DNA of 63,818 nucleotides, filler included, from Octopus bimaculoides (taxonomy: Eukaryota), in NCBI RefSeq assembly GCF_001194135.2. It is 7 parts of 6 records of this genome, joined end to end, with 100 filler letters (N's around TTAATTAATTAA, not from the genome) between each part and the next. Parts side by side here need not be neighbours in the genome. Positions count along the whole stretch, not along the records: positions 42,641 to 59,824 come from NC_068987.1; positions 59,925 to 62,034 come from NW_026397718.1; positions 62,135 to 63,818 come from NW_026347659.1; 4 more parts are not named here. The stretch is one strand, 5' to 3'. The notes under the pieces were generated by a model that worked only from the letters and a program-made list of their open reading frames with translations, searched no databases and was not told the DNA's origin. Of this stretch, positions 52,331 through 63,818 are shown one piece after another. The first letter of the stretch is position 1; each line of letters opens with the position of its first letter. The translations under genes were made by a program, and so were the position numbers.

Positions 52331-52365
<35 letters not shown>

Positions 52366-52692
52366 NNNNNNNNNNNNNNNNNNNNNNNNNNNNNNNNNNN
52401 NNNNNNNNNNNNNNNNNNNNNNNNNNNNNNNNNNNNNNNNNNNNNNNNNNNNNNNNNNNNNNNNNNNNNNNNNNNNNNNNNNNNNNNNNNNNNNNNNNNN
52501 NNNNNNNNNNNNNNNNNNNNNNNNNNNNNNNNNNNNNNNNNNNNNNNNNNNNNNNNNNNNNNNNNNNNNNNNNNNNNNNNNNNNNNNNNNNNNNNNNNNN
52601 NNNNNNNNNNNNNNNNNNNNNNNNNNNNNNNNNNNNNNNNNNNNNNNNNNNNNNNNNNNNNNNNNNNNNNNNNNNNNNNNNNNNNNNNNNNN

Positions 52693-52752
<60 letters not shown>

Positions 52753-53209
52753 TACACACACACACACCCACACAATATATATATATATAAATGTACACAC
52801 ACATACATACATGTATATAGTAGAGCCATAAACAGGGCTAATTTAGCTATTTCTCTGTAGTTTGAAAAAAAAGTAAACAACATTGATCGGTTTTCGGATC
52901 TTATTGGAATTTCATCAGAGGAATCTACATTAAGTTGACCAATGCCTGACAAGCAAGCAGTCAATCTGTTTATGGACTCAAAAATTACCTTAGCTTCAGA
53001 TAACTGGAGCTGGTAATTTGTACACTGTAAGCGTTGACACTTCATTTAATATCAAGAGCATGTCAACGAAGATCTCAGTGCACACAGTATCAATTTATGA
53101 TGTAGCATATGTAACCTATATAGCAGATACATAAACAAGGATAATTTAGCTATTTATCCTTTCTATATATTAAATTCGGTAATTTAATTATTTATGTTTC
53201 AACTTTATA

Positions 53210-53426
53210 TGAGTGAGTGCTGAAAAGTTCCAGGCTTAGTGTGAAAGAAAATACAGGAGAATCAGTTGGTTGTGATTTTATTCAACATATTCCCCTCTCA
53301 GATTCACACACTTATTGCAGCGGTCCTTCAGTTTTTCTAAGCCCTGTAAAAGAACTCAAAAGGTTGGGTCTCCAACAGGGGCTTTCATGATACTCTTAAA
53401 GCCAGGAACTTTTCGGCCTCTCCTCA
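53210..53426. mobile_element. Mariner-derived MITE (~217 bp) with TA target-site duplication
   Basis: TIRs tgagtgagtgctgaaaagttccaggctt and aagccaggaacttttcggcctctcctca, flanked by TA. The internal minus strand encodes a mariner C-terminus KLKDRCNKCVNLRGEYVE*. Confidence 0.85.
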
Positions 53427-54435
53427 TACATTATGAGAAACATACAATAATTGGTATGAAAAAACAAAAACTCTCAATAAACAATGTGTGTGCATTTTCG
53501 TATTTGGAACTATGTTTCACAAAAGATTGTGTTGTCACTTTAACTTAGAAAAATGATAATTTAATCTGATAGATTTTGCTTTTATCTTTCATAATCAATT
53601 TTTTTGTGGGTACTCTTTTGTTGGTACTCTTTTGTCCTTGCACTATTTTGTCATTCGCTCTTTTGTCAATATTCTGTCTGGAGTGCATATGTCAGAGTGC
53701 CAGACTGCGACCGTCAACGTTGGGGCACCAACCTCAAGGGTTATAGCCCATTTTTAGCAACACCAGTAGTCATTCCATTTTGGTACTTACGTTATCGATC
53801 TTTGTTGAATCGTTAGAAAACGCAATATATACATTAATTTTTAAAACCGGCATAAATATAAATACAACCTCGAACACAAACATATCTATACAGACGGTCG
53901 CAACATACATACACAAAGACATGTATGCAAACACACAGACATACACACGTAGACACATACATATATACATACCTGCATACATACAAACATACAAACATAC
54001 ATACATACATACATATATACACACATACATACATATTATAGGACTGGCTTTGCTACAGTTTACATTTACTAAATTCCATTCAGAAGGTATAGGCCAACCC
54101 GAGTAGAAGAGATTCGCACATACTGCCGAGCAGGGGGATAGATTGTAACACCACGTAATTGCAAAGTGAACTGTTTGACTATGTTGCTATGCTAACGTAT
54201 TCTTAGCACTTTAATCATGCTATAATACAAATATCCTAGATAGACACGATGAGAGTAATGCTGAGACAGTTTATTACACTGGCCAATGTTATAGAGATGG
54301 TGATGGTACTTAATATGTGATTAAGTAGTACCACACTTAATCACACACTAAGATGTAACTGTTGATAAACGAAGTTAGAAACCAGAATTTTAGGAGGTGA
54401 ATGATAGTTTGAGTTGACAAATAGATCAATATATA

Positions 54436-55297
54436 CAGTAGAACCTCGCAGTACGTATGCACCATTGTACGAATAATTTGCTTTAAGAGCCGAGGCTAGT
54501 GCAAAGTTTTGCATTGAAGCACGAGCGGAAAACTGCAGTACGAGCGTGTTTCATACAAGCGACTACTAGTCGGCTCTGAGCTAGCACACACTCTCCCAAC
54601 AAGCACAGTCTCTGCTCGCTCAGTTCACATGTTTATCTCGCTGCGGCAGCATCGCTTTTGTGTTTTCCCAATGTTTTTGCTTAGTTTTGTGTATTTGTAC
54701 TATCAATTTGTAATAATTAGTTGTGTTAGCCATGAATTCTTAGAGGCTTAGTGCAAAGGACAGTGCTGAGAAGAAGGAAGAGCTGATTACGATAGAATTG
54801 AAGGAGGAAATCATTGATAAACATGAGAAAGGTATGAGTGTAGTGGACATAGCACGTCAATACGACCGAAGCGGGTGTTAAAGGGTGAAGAAAGTGTGTC
54901 CAAAAAGCCTAATTTAAGCGTAGTGAGAGAGAAACGGCCAGAAATTGTTCTTCCCGACGTCTTAATGGAAGGAGATTCTCCTTCCAAACGGCAATTCTTC
55001 TCCTTCCCGCTCCATCGTCTTCTACGCGCACAAATCGTCCCATCTTTCCAACCTTTAAGGTAATTCAGTTAATAGCACCAGTTTATATATTTCTTTTGCA
55101 TTCTGTTTTTTATAACTGTCATTTTACTTGTGACTACACCTTTCTGTTTTAAAACCTATAAAAAGATTTTGTGTGGATGGAACGGATTAATTATATTTTA
55201 GCTAATTTCAATAGAGAATATTGACTTGTAAAACGAGTAAATCGTAAAACGAGCTCAGTCATGGTACGAATTAAACTCATACTGCGAGGTTTCACTG
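54436..55297 (+). mobile_element. Tigger/pogo internal-deletion derivative with TA TSD
   Basis: TIRs cagtagaacctcgcagtacg and catactgcgaggtttcactg with TA on both sides. A CENP-B-type HTH start ITIELKEEIIDKHEKGMSVVDIARQYDRS is joined to the C-terminal LMEGDSPSK. Confidence 0.88.
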
Positions 55298-55929
55298 TAT
55301 AGGAAAACCTAATAATTCTTTTTTGTTTGGAAGAGAAATACACTCTAATTTTGCGAATTGGCATTCATCCTCCGAAATGCTAGAACTGTCTTCATCTTGC
55401 AATGTCCTGACAGTGATGGATAGCATTGGTTCATGGTCACAAATTTTGCGGGGGATTTAAATGATTGGAGCGGCAAATTGGCAATTTTGTTCGAGAGTCA
55501 AATAGATTGCGTCATGTTATTTGTTCCAACTCATTGCACCCTGAGTTAAAATCTCACCAAGGTTAACTTTTCCGGTCTTACTTTCAGTAAAAGAACCCCC
55601 ATCAATCTAGAACGGTTGATGCACTGTTCTAGATCTTTGCGTACTAAGAGCACCGTCTGCGATGACACTGGTGCCAAGTTTGACTTAAGTCAACAGCCTT
55701 TCCTTTGGTTAAATATCAGTATCGTGGCATGACTGGGCAAATGCCAGTCTTCCTCAAAAATATCTTACCCAGGTTTGAGCATATATGTGCCGATGCATGA
55801 TCAGCTTTGCTCAGCGGAGAGTTTATACAAGATGAACCCGATCCTAGTGTTTGTCTAGCAGTTTATTTATCTGGAGTTTTGAACTGAAATGTAAATTATT
55901 ACTGCTTGCAAATTTAATCACAAGACTAG

Positions 55930-56110
55930 CAATTCCAGGAAAGGGGATAAATCGATTAGAACGACTCTAGTGATTAACAGGCACATATTTTATCGATCTA
56001 CAAAAGGTGAAAGGTAAAGTCGACCTCGGTGGAATTTGAATTCAAAACGTAAAGACGGACGAAATACCGCTAAGCATTTTTCACGGCGGGCTAATGCTTC
56101 TGCCAGCTCG
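55930..56110 (-). mobile_element. SINE family B copy
   Basis: ggtgaaaggtaaagtcgacctcggtggaatttgaattcaaaacgtaaagacggacgaaataccgctaagcattt...gccagctcgc. Confidence 0.8.
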
Positions 56111-58091
56111 CTATCTTGTTGTAACTCACTATTACAAAATATATTGTCAATCACTTTAGCGATTCTGTTTATAAATCATCCTTAGTACATTAAACGTTTA
56201 AAAATTACAAAATCAAAATATTATCGGACTGTTAAAAATCAAATGTCATTGTCAGGGACAGGAAACGATCTGTTGATTTCTTGGTACAGTATCTTGCTTT
56301 TTGTTTTGGTGATGGTAGTGGTGGTGGGAGCTCTGTAATATAGTCATTGGAGATTCTGAAAGTAATGTTACAAAAACTGTAACTTCTGAAAACAATTCCA
56401 GTTTATAGCTTAGTCAAAGGAGATCAGTACTCGCGATCCTTATAAGAGCCTCCGAGATTGGTAGAAGTAATAAAATGTGTCATCTTCAGAGCAAAAACCT
56501 GGATCGAATGCTTGCAACAGATAATAACCCGCTAAAGCTACCCAAGGACGAGGTGGTGGTATTAAATCGTGTGACTGATTAAGCCTTACTGCTCCCAAAC
56601 GGGAACAGGTTCTCCAGTGAACTTACGCATAATTTCCGTTTAAAAAATTACATTAATATAGCTTTGGTAGACCCAAAGTTATGGTAAAAGACACATTCCC
56701 AAGATGTCCCTTCTCGGAATTGGACACAAACTCACGTAGTTGCGAAGCGAACATCTTAACCACAGAGCTATGCCAGAAGCTATTCTATTGTTGTCATTGT
56801 ACAAGTGAAGTAGAAAACTTTGCATCATTTACAGGAGACGTCTCAAGACTAATCACTAATCTTTACTCTGTATCTAATCATTTTCTGCAGAATTTTAACA
56901 AAGATGGCTAATTCACTGTACTCTTATCGGGTATCAGTTCTAACCGAAAGAAAACATTCCATAAGCCAACTTTTTATAATATTTTTGATAATTTTCTGTA
57001 CAAAAGCTAAAATTGCAAGAAAGAAAAAATAATAAAAAACAAAAATCAATGATGCACTTTATTTTTTTTTAATAGTTTGTATTTTGTTATCTCTTGCAAG
57101 CTTGTTGTAGTTTCTTTCAATTTGATTTCATAGTAAATCTATCGTTTTTTTGTTATTCTTCACTAGGCGCTTTCAGAATTTATTTTACTGACCATTTTTC
57201 AAATACTAAAGAAGATTGATTAATTGAAAATAACGTGATTCATCAAAATGCTTGGCAGCTTTATTCTGAGCAAGGATTTTGGTCACGGGATAGGAACAAA
57301 ATAGAATCAAACACAAAAACAAAACGAAGAAATAAACAAAAAAAATAATTAATCAGAAATAAAGCAGAACAATAAAAAAAAAGAACTCTATTGTTCAACC
57401 ATTATATCCTCTTTTATAAACTTCAGATATCTACTTCACTAACAGATTTCTTATGTCTTTACCTATATTCCTTTATATATTTTTTTCTTTTGTGAGAGTG
57501 AATCTCATTTTCTAAGCAGCCTGGAAAGATGAATGATCATGCGAATAACCCTGAACAACAGAAGGAAACATGTGTCTGGCACTAGACCAAACATGGCACA
57601 GAAATGCTAGTGAGGTTATACAGGTTAAGATTCCGCGATTTCAAGCCAGAATCTACTCATCGTGTTTGGAAATTAAGAGAAATTTCTCAGATTTCATTCT
57701 CTAAAATATGTCTCGTTGAATTCTCAAAGCCTATTACTGCTCACTTGATCGTCTGCTGTTTGACATCAATCTATATGGAAATATAATTGGCCAACAGCCA
57801 GCTTAATTATTTCTTTTACATTGACAAGACACTGCGACCAGCTCTTTTAGTTATCTCTAGAAAAGTGAAGGATCAATGTATATCCCAAGCAAAATTCCAA
57901 TGAGGAAGAAAAACAATAAGCTTAGTGGTGGTAATAATATTTCTCTAAGACATCTAGATATTCAATCGATTTATTCCAAAATGCACCTCATTATTATTAA
58001 ACACAAAAGTTCGAATTATAACCGCAAAAGCAAATAGTATTACACACACATACACACAACTCTTTCTTATTATTTCTCCTATATACATGGG

Positions 58092-58149
<58 letters not shown>

Positions 58150-58512
58150 NNNNNNNNNNNNNNNNNNNNNNNNNNNNNNNNNNNNNNNNNNNNNNNNNNN
58201 NNNNNNNNNNNNNNNNNNNNNNNNNNNNNNNNNNNNNNNNNNNNNNNNNNNNNNNNNNNNNNNNNNNNNNNNNNNNNNNNNNNNNNNNNNNNNNNNNNNN
58301 NNNNNNNNNNNNNNNNNNNNNNNNNNNNNNNNNNNNNNNNNNNNNNNNNNNNNNNNNNNNNNNNNNNNNNNNNNNNNNNNNNNNNNNNNNNNNNNNNNNN
58401 NNNNNNNNNNNNNNNNNNNNNNNNNNNNNNNNNNNNNNNNNNNNNNNNNNNNNNNNNNNNNNNNNNNNNNNNNNNNNNNNNNTATATATATATATATATA
58501 TATATGTATATA

Positions 58513-59100
58513 ATTAATAGTTATCGCCAAGCCAACATGGCAGTCCCAAAATTAGGACGAATGCTGCCGTGGATTAGCTCCAAGAGGCCATCGCCTCTAG
58601 CTAGCTATGCAGAGCAGCCGAAACGCAGCAGTCCTAATTTTGGGACTGCCATGTTGGCTTGACGATAACTATTAATTTCCAGTACCGCTGCTGTAGTCTC
58701 CTTTAGAGAGACTTAGAAATATTAATATCTCTATTTCTGAAAACCAGTGAATGTATTCCACTGATATTAGATAAATAACCTTCCTACAGATAGTCAGTAG
58801 CGACGCCTGCTGGGTTTCGGCTGCTCTGCATTAACAAAGGGCAATACCCTGAAACTAGTCTAGTCTGCAGATGCCAAACCAGCAAGTGGAAGCTGCTGAC
58901 CTTCCCTGTTCGAAGGTTATAAAGGACACAGGTTCGTGTGTCACATAGTTAGCTAGAGGCGATGGCCTCTTGGAGCTAATCCACGGCAGTATTCGTCCTA
59001 ATTTTGGGACTGCCATGTTGGCTTGGCGATAACTATTAATTTCCAGTACCGCTGCCGTAGTCTCCTTTAGAGAGACTTAGAAATATTAATATCTCTATTT
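58513..59100. mobile_element. Tandem/inverted 364-bp structured unit with degenerate hammerhead (Penelope pLTR- or retrozyme-like)
   Basis: Direct repeat 58631-58736 = 58995-59100 (106 bp, period 364). Inverted copy 58513-58609 of 58944-59040. Hammerhead fold at 58825-58871. Confidence 0.7.
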
Positions 59101-59580
59101 AGTTGAAATTTACAGAAAAGCAAAAGACGAAGGAAGACAGGTGTATGAAAAACAAACAGGTATATTTGTTTGACGCTCGGGAGAGTGAGAAAGTATTTCA
59201 TGTTTCGAGCCTACGCTCTTCAACAGAAAGGAATAAGAGAAAATAGAGAGAAAAAAAAATCTTGTGGATCTAACGATTAGGCATGGCGGCTGGTTGGGAA
59301 AAAAAGGTTTGACTGGAGAGGTAGAAAGAAGAGGAAATAATAAAGTATTGGTGATCCCAAAACGGAGGTGTGCGTGCGTGTATGTGAGAATGTGTGTGTG
59401 GGTGTGAATAGGGGCTAGTGGCTTTGACGTGCGGATGTGTGCGTTTGTAAGTGTGTGCGTCTGTAATGTGTGCATGTGTGGATGATGGTGTGTGGGTGCG
59501 CGGATGATTGTGTGTGGGTGTGCAGATAATGGTGTGTGGTGAGGGTGCTTAGATGTGGTCGCCCAATTTGACATGCCTTG
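59100..59580 (-). mobile_element. Penelope-like 3' end, same family as 12997-13430
   Basis: The minus strand reads ctttCTGTTGAAGAGCgtagGCTCGAAACatgaaa...cccgagcgtcaaac, matching the 13296-13350 region. Confidence 0.6.
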
Positions 59581-59727
59581 TCTGGAGACAAGAGGACTGC
59601 TGTGTATGGACGTTTCTGTACAGTAGGCGCCGTCAGCACAATAGTTGTTCTATTTTATCTCTAGCGGAACGAGGCGCTGATGAATATATACACATACATA
59701 CATATATATATATATGATATATATATG

Positions 59728-59768
<41 letters not shown>

Positions 59769-59924
59769 ATATCTATCTGTTTGTCTATCTGTCTATCTGT
59801 CTATCTATCTATCTATCTATCTATNNNNNNNNNNNNNNNNNNNNNNNNNNNNNNNNNNNNNNNNNNNNTTAATTAATTAANNNNNNNNNNNNNNNNNNNN
59901 NNNNNNNNNNNNNNNNNNNNNNNN

Positions 59925-59976
<52 letters not shown>

Positions 59977-60300
59977 CTGTTTGTCACCCTACCATCGCTT
60001 GACATCTGATGTTGGTGTGTTTACGTCCCCATAACTTAACGGTTCGGCCAAAAGAGACCGATAGAATAAGTACTAAGCTTTCAAAAAGTAAGCCCTGGGG
60101 GTTGATTTTGTTCGACTGAAGGCGTTGCTGCAGCATGGTCGCAGTCATGTGACTGAAACAAGTAAGAGAAGAAAAGAATAAAAGACTATATGTGTGTGTG
60201 TGTACGTATGGATGTATGTATACATGTGTGCGTGTTGTCATGTATGTGTATATGTATGTGTGTACGTATGCACGTATATATGTGTGTATGTGTGAGTATC

Positions 60301-60342
<42 letters not shown>

Positions 60343-60352
60343 NNNNNNNNNN

Positions 60353-60392
<40 letters not shown>

Positions 60393-63300
60393 GTACTTAT
60401 GTGTATAGAGATATATGTGTGTGCGTGTGTGTGTGTATCTAAATGTATGTATGCACGTATGTATATATGTATGTATATAAATGTATGTGCGTATATATGT
60501 ATGCATGTACGTATATATATATATATATATATGTATATATTTATGTATATATGTATATATGTATGTGTGTGTATGTATGTTCATGTATATATATACGTAT
60601 ATATGCATATATGTATCTGTGTGTACGTTTATATGTATGTGTTTGTATTTATGTATGTGTATGTATGTTTGTGTGCATGTATGGGGATCGAGGTTTGGGG
60701 AGAGACGAAGAGAAAAGTGAAAAAAAAAATATTGCGTGACTCGAACCCCACGTGCGTGACACTTTGTCATGAGCGTTGCCCTGGGACACGAATTCACCGT
60801 CCTCCCCACCCTNNNNNNNNNNNNNNNNNNNNNNNNNNNNNNNNNNNNNNNNNNNNNNNNNNNNNNNNNNNNNNNNNNNNNNNNNNNNNNNNNNNNNNNN
60901 NNNNNNNNNNNNNNNNNNNNNNNNNNNNNNNNNNNNNNNNNNNNNNNNNNNNNNNNNNNNNNNNNNNNNNNNNNNNNNNNNNNNNNNNNNNNNNNNNNNN
61001 NNNNNNNNNNNNNNNNNNNNNNNNNNNNNNNNNNNNNNNNNNNNNNNNNNNNNNNNNNNNNNNNNNNNNNNNNNNNNNNNNNNNNNNNNNNNNNNNNNNN
61101 NNNNNNNNNNNNNNNNNNNNNNNNNNNNNNNNNNNNNNNNNNNNNNNNNNNNNNNNNNNNNNNNNNNNNNNNNNNNNNNNNNNNNNNNNNNNNNNNNNNN
61201 NNNNNNNNNNNNNNNNNNNNNNNNNNNNNNNNNNNNNNNNNNNNNNNNNNNNNNNNNNNNNNNNNNNNNNNNNNNNNNNNNNNNNNNNNNNNNNNNNNNN
61301 NNNNNNNNNNNNNNNNNNNNNNNNNNNNNNNNNNNNNNNNNNNNNNNNNNNNNNNNNNNNNNNNNNNNNNNNNNNNNNNNNNNNNNNNNNNNNNNNNNNN
61401 NNNNNNNNNNNNNNNNNNNNNNNNNNNNNNNNNNNNNNNNNNNNNNNNNNNNNNNNNNNNNNNNNNNNNNNNNNNNNNNNNNNNNNNNNNNNNNNNNNNN
61501 NNNNNNNNNNNNNNNNNNNNNNNNNNNNNNNNNNNNNNNNNNNNNNNNNNNNNNNNNNNNNNNNNNNNNNNNNNNNNNNNNNNNNNNNNNNNNNNNNNNN
61601 NNNNNNNNNNNNNNNNNNNNNNNNNNNNNNNNNNNNNNNNNNNNNNNNNNNNNNNNNNNNNNNNNNNNNNNNNNNNNNNNNNNNNNNNNNNNNNNNNNNN
61701 NNNNNNNNNNNNNNNNNNNNNNNNNNNNNNNNNNNNNNNNNNNNNNNNNNNNNNNTCGAGGACAAAAACAGAGATAAACACACACACACATATATATACG
61801 ACGGGCTTCTTTCAGTTTCCGTCTACCAAATCCACTCACGAAGCTTTGGTCGGCCCGAGGTGGCATGCAGTGCAGTGAGATTGGACCCGGTATCATGTAG
61901 TTGGGAAGCAAGCTTCTTATTTCTCTATTGCCCACAAGGGGCCAAACATAGAGGGGACAAACAAGGACAGACAAAGGGATCAAGTCGATTATATCGACCC
62001 CAGTGCGTAACTGGTACTTATTTAATCGACCCCGNNNNNNNNNNNNNNNNNNNNNNNNNNNNNNNNNNNNNNNNNNNNTTAATTAATTAANNNNNNNNNN
62101 NNNNNNNNNNNNNNNNNNNNNNNNNNNNNNNNNNATATATACATGTATATATATATATATATCACAGTACAATAACGTATATGTGTTTCATTTTTCTTTT
62201 ATGTTTGCGAACCTGCAAGACTAACAAATCAAAACTCTAAACCACTAAACTACATATTGTGTTCTTATAATCGCCAAAGATTCCAATCGTATTCAGATGT
62301 TTTAAATCTATATAAATTATTCCAACTGCATTTGAATTAGTTGAAAAAAATAGGATTAATCTACTGATTGAAAATGAATTCGTTAAATATAATACGAATT
62401 GCCGAAACAAGGTTCATTTGAAAATTCACCTGTTAGATTTACATTAAAACAAGACTTATTAAGTCATTGATTAATAAAATTAGAAATAACCTCAACATAT
62501 CAATTATATATTTTCAGTTTTGTATTTTCATGTGCAAATTTGGTTTTGTAAGACAGAGGGGGATGATTTCTCAGGTAGAAATCTTTTATTGATCGGATGC
62601 AGTTTATTACTGCTATTTATTTTATCAACTTTTGTAGGAAAAAAGGCAAAAAACGTTCAAATGGTGAAGTTTCGAAGTTATATACCGAAACGCATTTATT
62701 TCGATGCTTCATTGTCATGAAAAGAAACAACTAACAAATAAATGAACTATAATAAAAGAAGAAAAGTTAAAAGTTGTAAAAACTTACAATTCTTTTAGTT
62801 TTGGAAGGTTAGCAAATGCATAGTCTGGAAGTTGGTAGATGTTGTTTACACTGAGATCTCTGCAAGAAGAGAGTGACAGAAGATGTGTTAGCTTTGAATC
62901 TGATAGTTTGAAAGCAATTTACGTTTCTTTAGAAATGATACAGTGTATTGCGGTAGCTGCCGTTAAAGACATCTAAGTGCTAAATGGTACAAGCATAACA
63001 AAATATATTCAGTGTTATAGGAGTAAGAAATCGATTTTTTAAGCAATATTTAAATCAGAGATTTTCTTCGGCAGATCGATAACTTTCAAAAGCTATAGAA
63101 AATAGATCAAGAGTCGACAATATCTATAGGTGGAAGTGTAAGAAAAAAAGCAGAAATATTTAATTCATTCAGGTAGCTATTGGATCAGCATCTTTTATAT
63201 CACCCCCAGATTAATGCTAAGACCTACATATAAATAGATATCATACAAATTAGTCTGTTAGACAGGTATTAGATTAATGTAAGTTTAAAATTATGTAACA

Positions 63301-63779
63301 TTTTAGTAGTGATTTCTATTTTTTATGCTTTAGAAGTAGAGCTCCTATTTTCCATTTTATATATAAATCAAGACAACTGCACGAGATAGCGTTGACATTT
63401 AACAGCGAAATTTCAATTAATCCAGAGACTTTATTTCGTAATAATTTTAGAATGATTACAGTGATATCAAATAATATACAGTGATTTTAGCAAAGTTAGT
63501 ATCAACATAATGATTCAATAATGTTTGACAGTCTATAGGTGATGGGGAAAAAAAACTCCAACCATATTGATGTAATTGTAAAATTAGTCTCGCAGTGAAT
63601 GAAACAGGAATTGGATGGGAAAACCTGTTGCGATGATGAAAACAGCAGATGTGTTACTAACACCTATTAAAATTTTGAGCAGAATAACGATAATTATTAT
63701 AAATAATTATTATAAATAATGATAACAACAATGAAGATGATGATTATGATGATGATGATTATGATGATGATGATGATTG

Positions 63780-63818
<39 letters not shown>

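Noticed and set aside
52870-53050. Possible hAT C-terminal dimerisation remnant on the minus strand (AKVIFESINRL...LNVDS)
   Set aside because: The similarity is too weak to call by eye; it needs a profile search.
60192-62090. Long ORFs (632, 495, 444 aa etc.) and the other X-rich or YI/CV/TH-repeat ORFs in the track
   Set aside because: They consist of N gaps and dinucleotide microsatellites, with no protein signal.

Overview
Repeat-dense, AT-rich animal genomic scaffold with many N gaps and no prokaryotic features (no operons, CRISPR, rRNA or true tRNA genes). The microsatellite load and the three tRNA-headed SINE families suggest a coleoid cephalopod, most likely Octopus; this is inference from recalled repeat consensus, not a database search. 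One host gene is recognisable: the 5' end of MAU2/Scc4 (cohesin loader subunit) on the + strand. It has exon 1 at 31486-31716 and an 18-nt microexon 2 at 31862-31879, followed by a U12-type (minor spliceosome) donor GTATCCTTT. Exon 3 is not visible in the remaining ~32 kb. The rest is transposon debris: a Helitron RepHel 5' fragment with 23-aa STPR-like repeats, a decayed DD82E (Sailor-type) ITm transposon, mariner, Tigger and MULE remnants, and Dong/R4, L1/Tx1, RTE and CR1 LINE fragments. There are also Penelope-type ends carrying minimal hammerhead ribozyme folds, including a 364-bp tandem, retrozyme-like unit. An unclassified ~560-bp (TAA)n-associated element is twice fused to Dong fragments. 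Nearly all ORFs in the supplied track are microsatellite or N-gap artefacts. I found no clearly new multi-gene system; the best leads are RNA-level and mobile-element observations.
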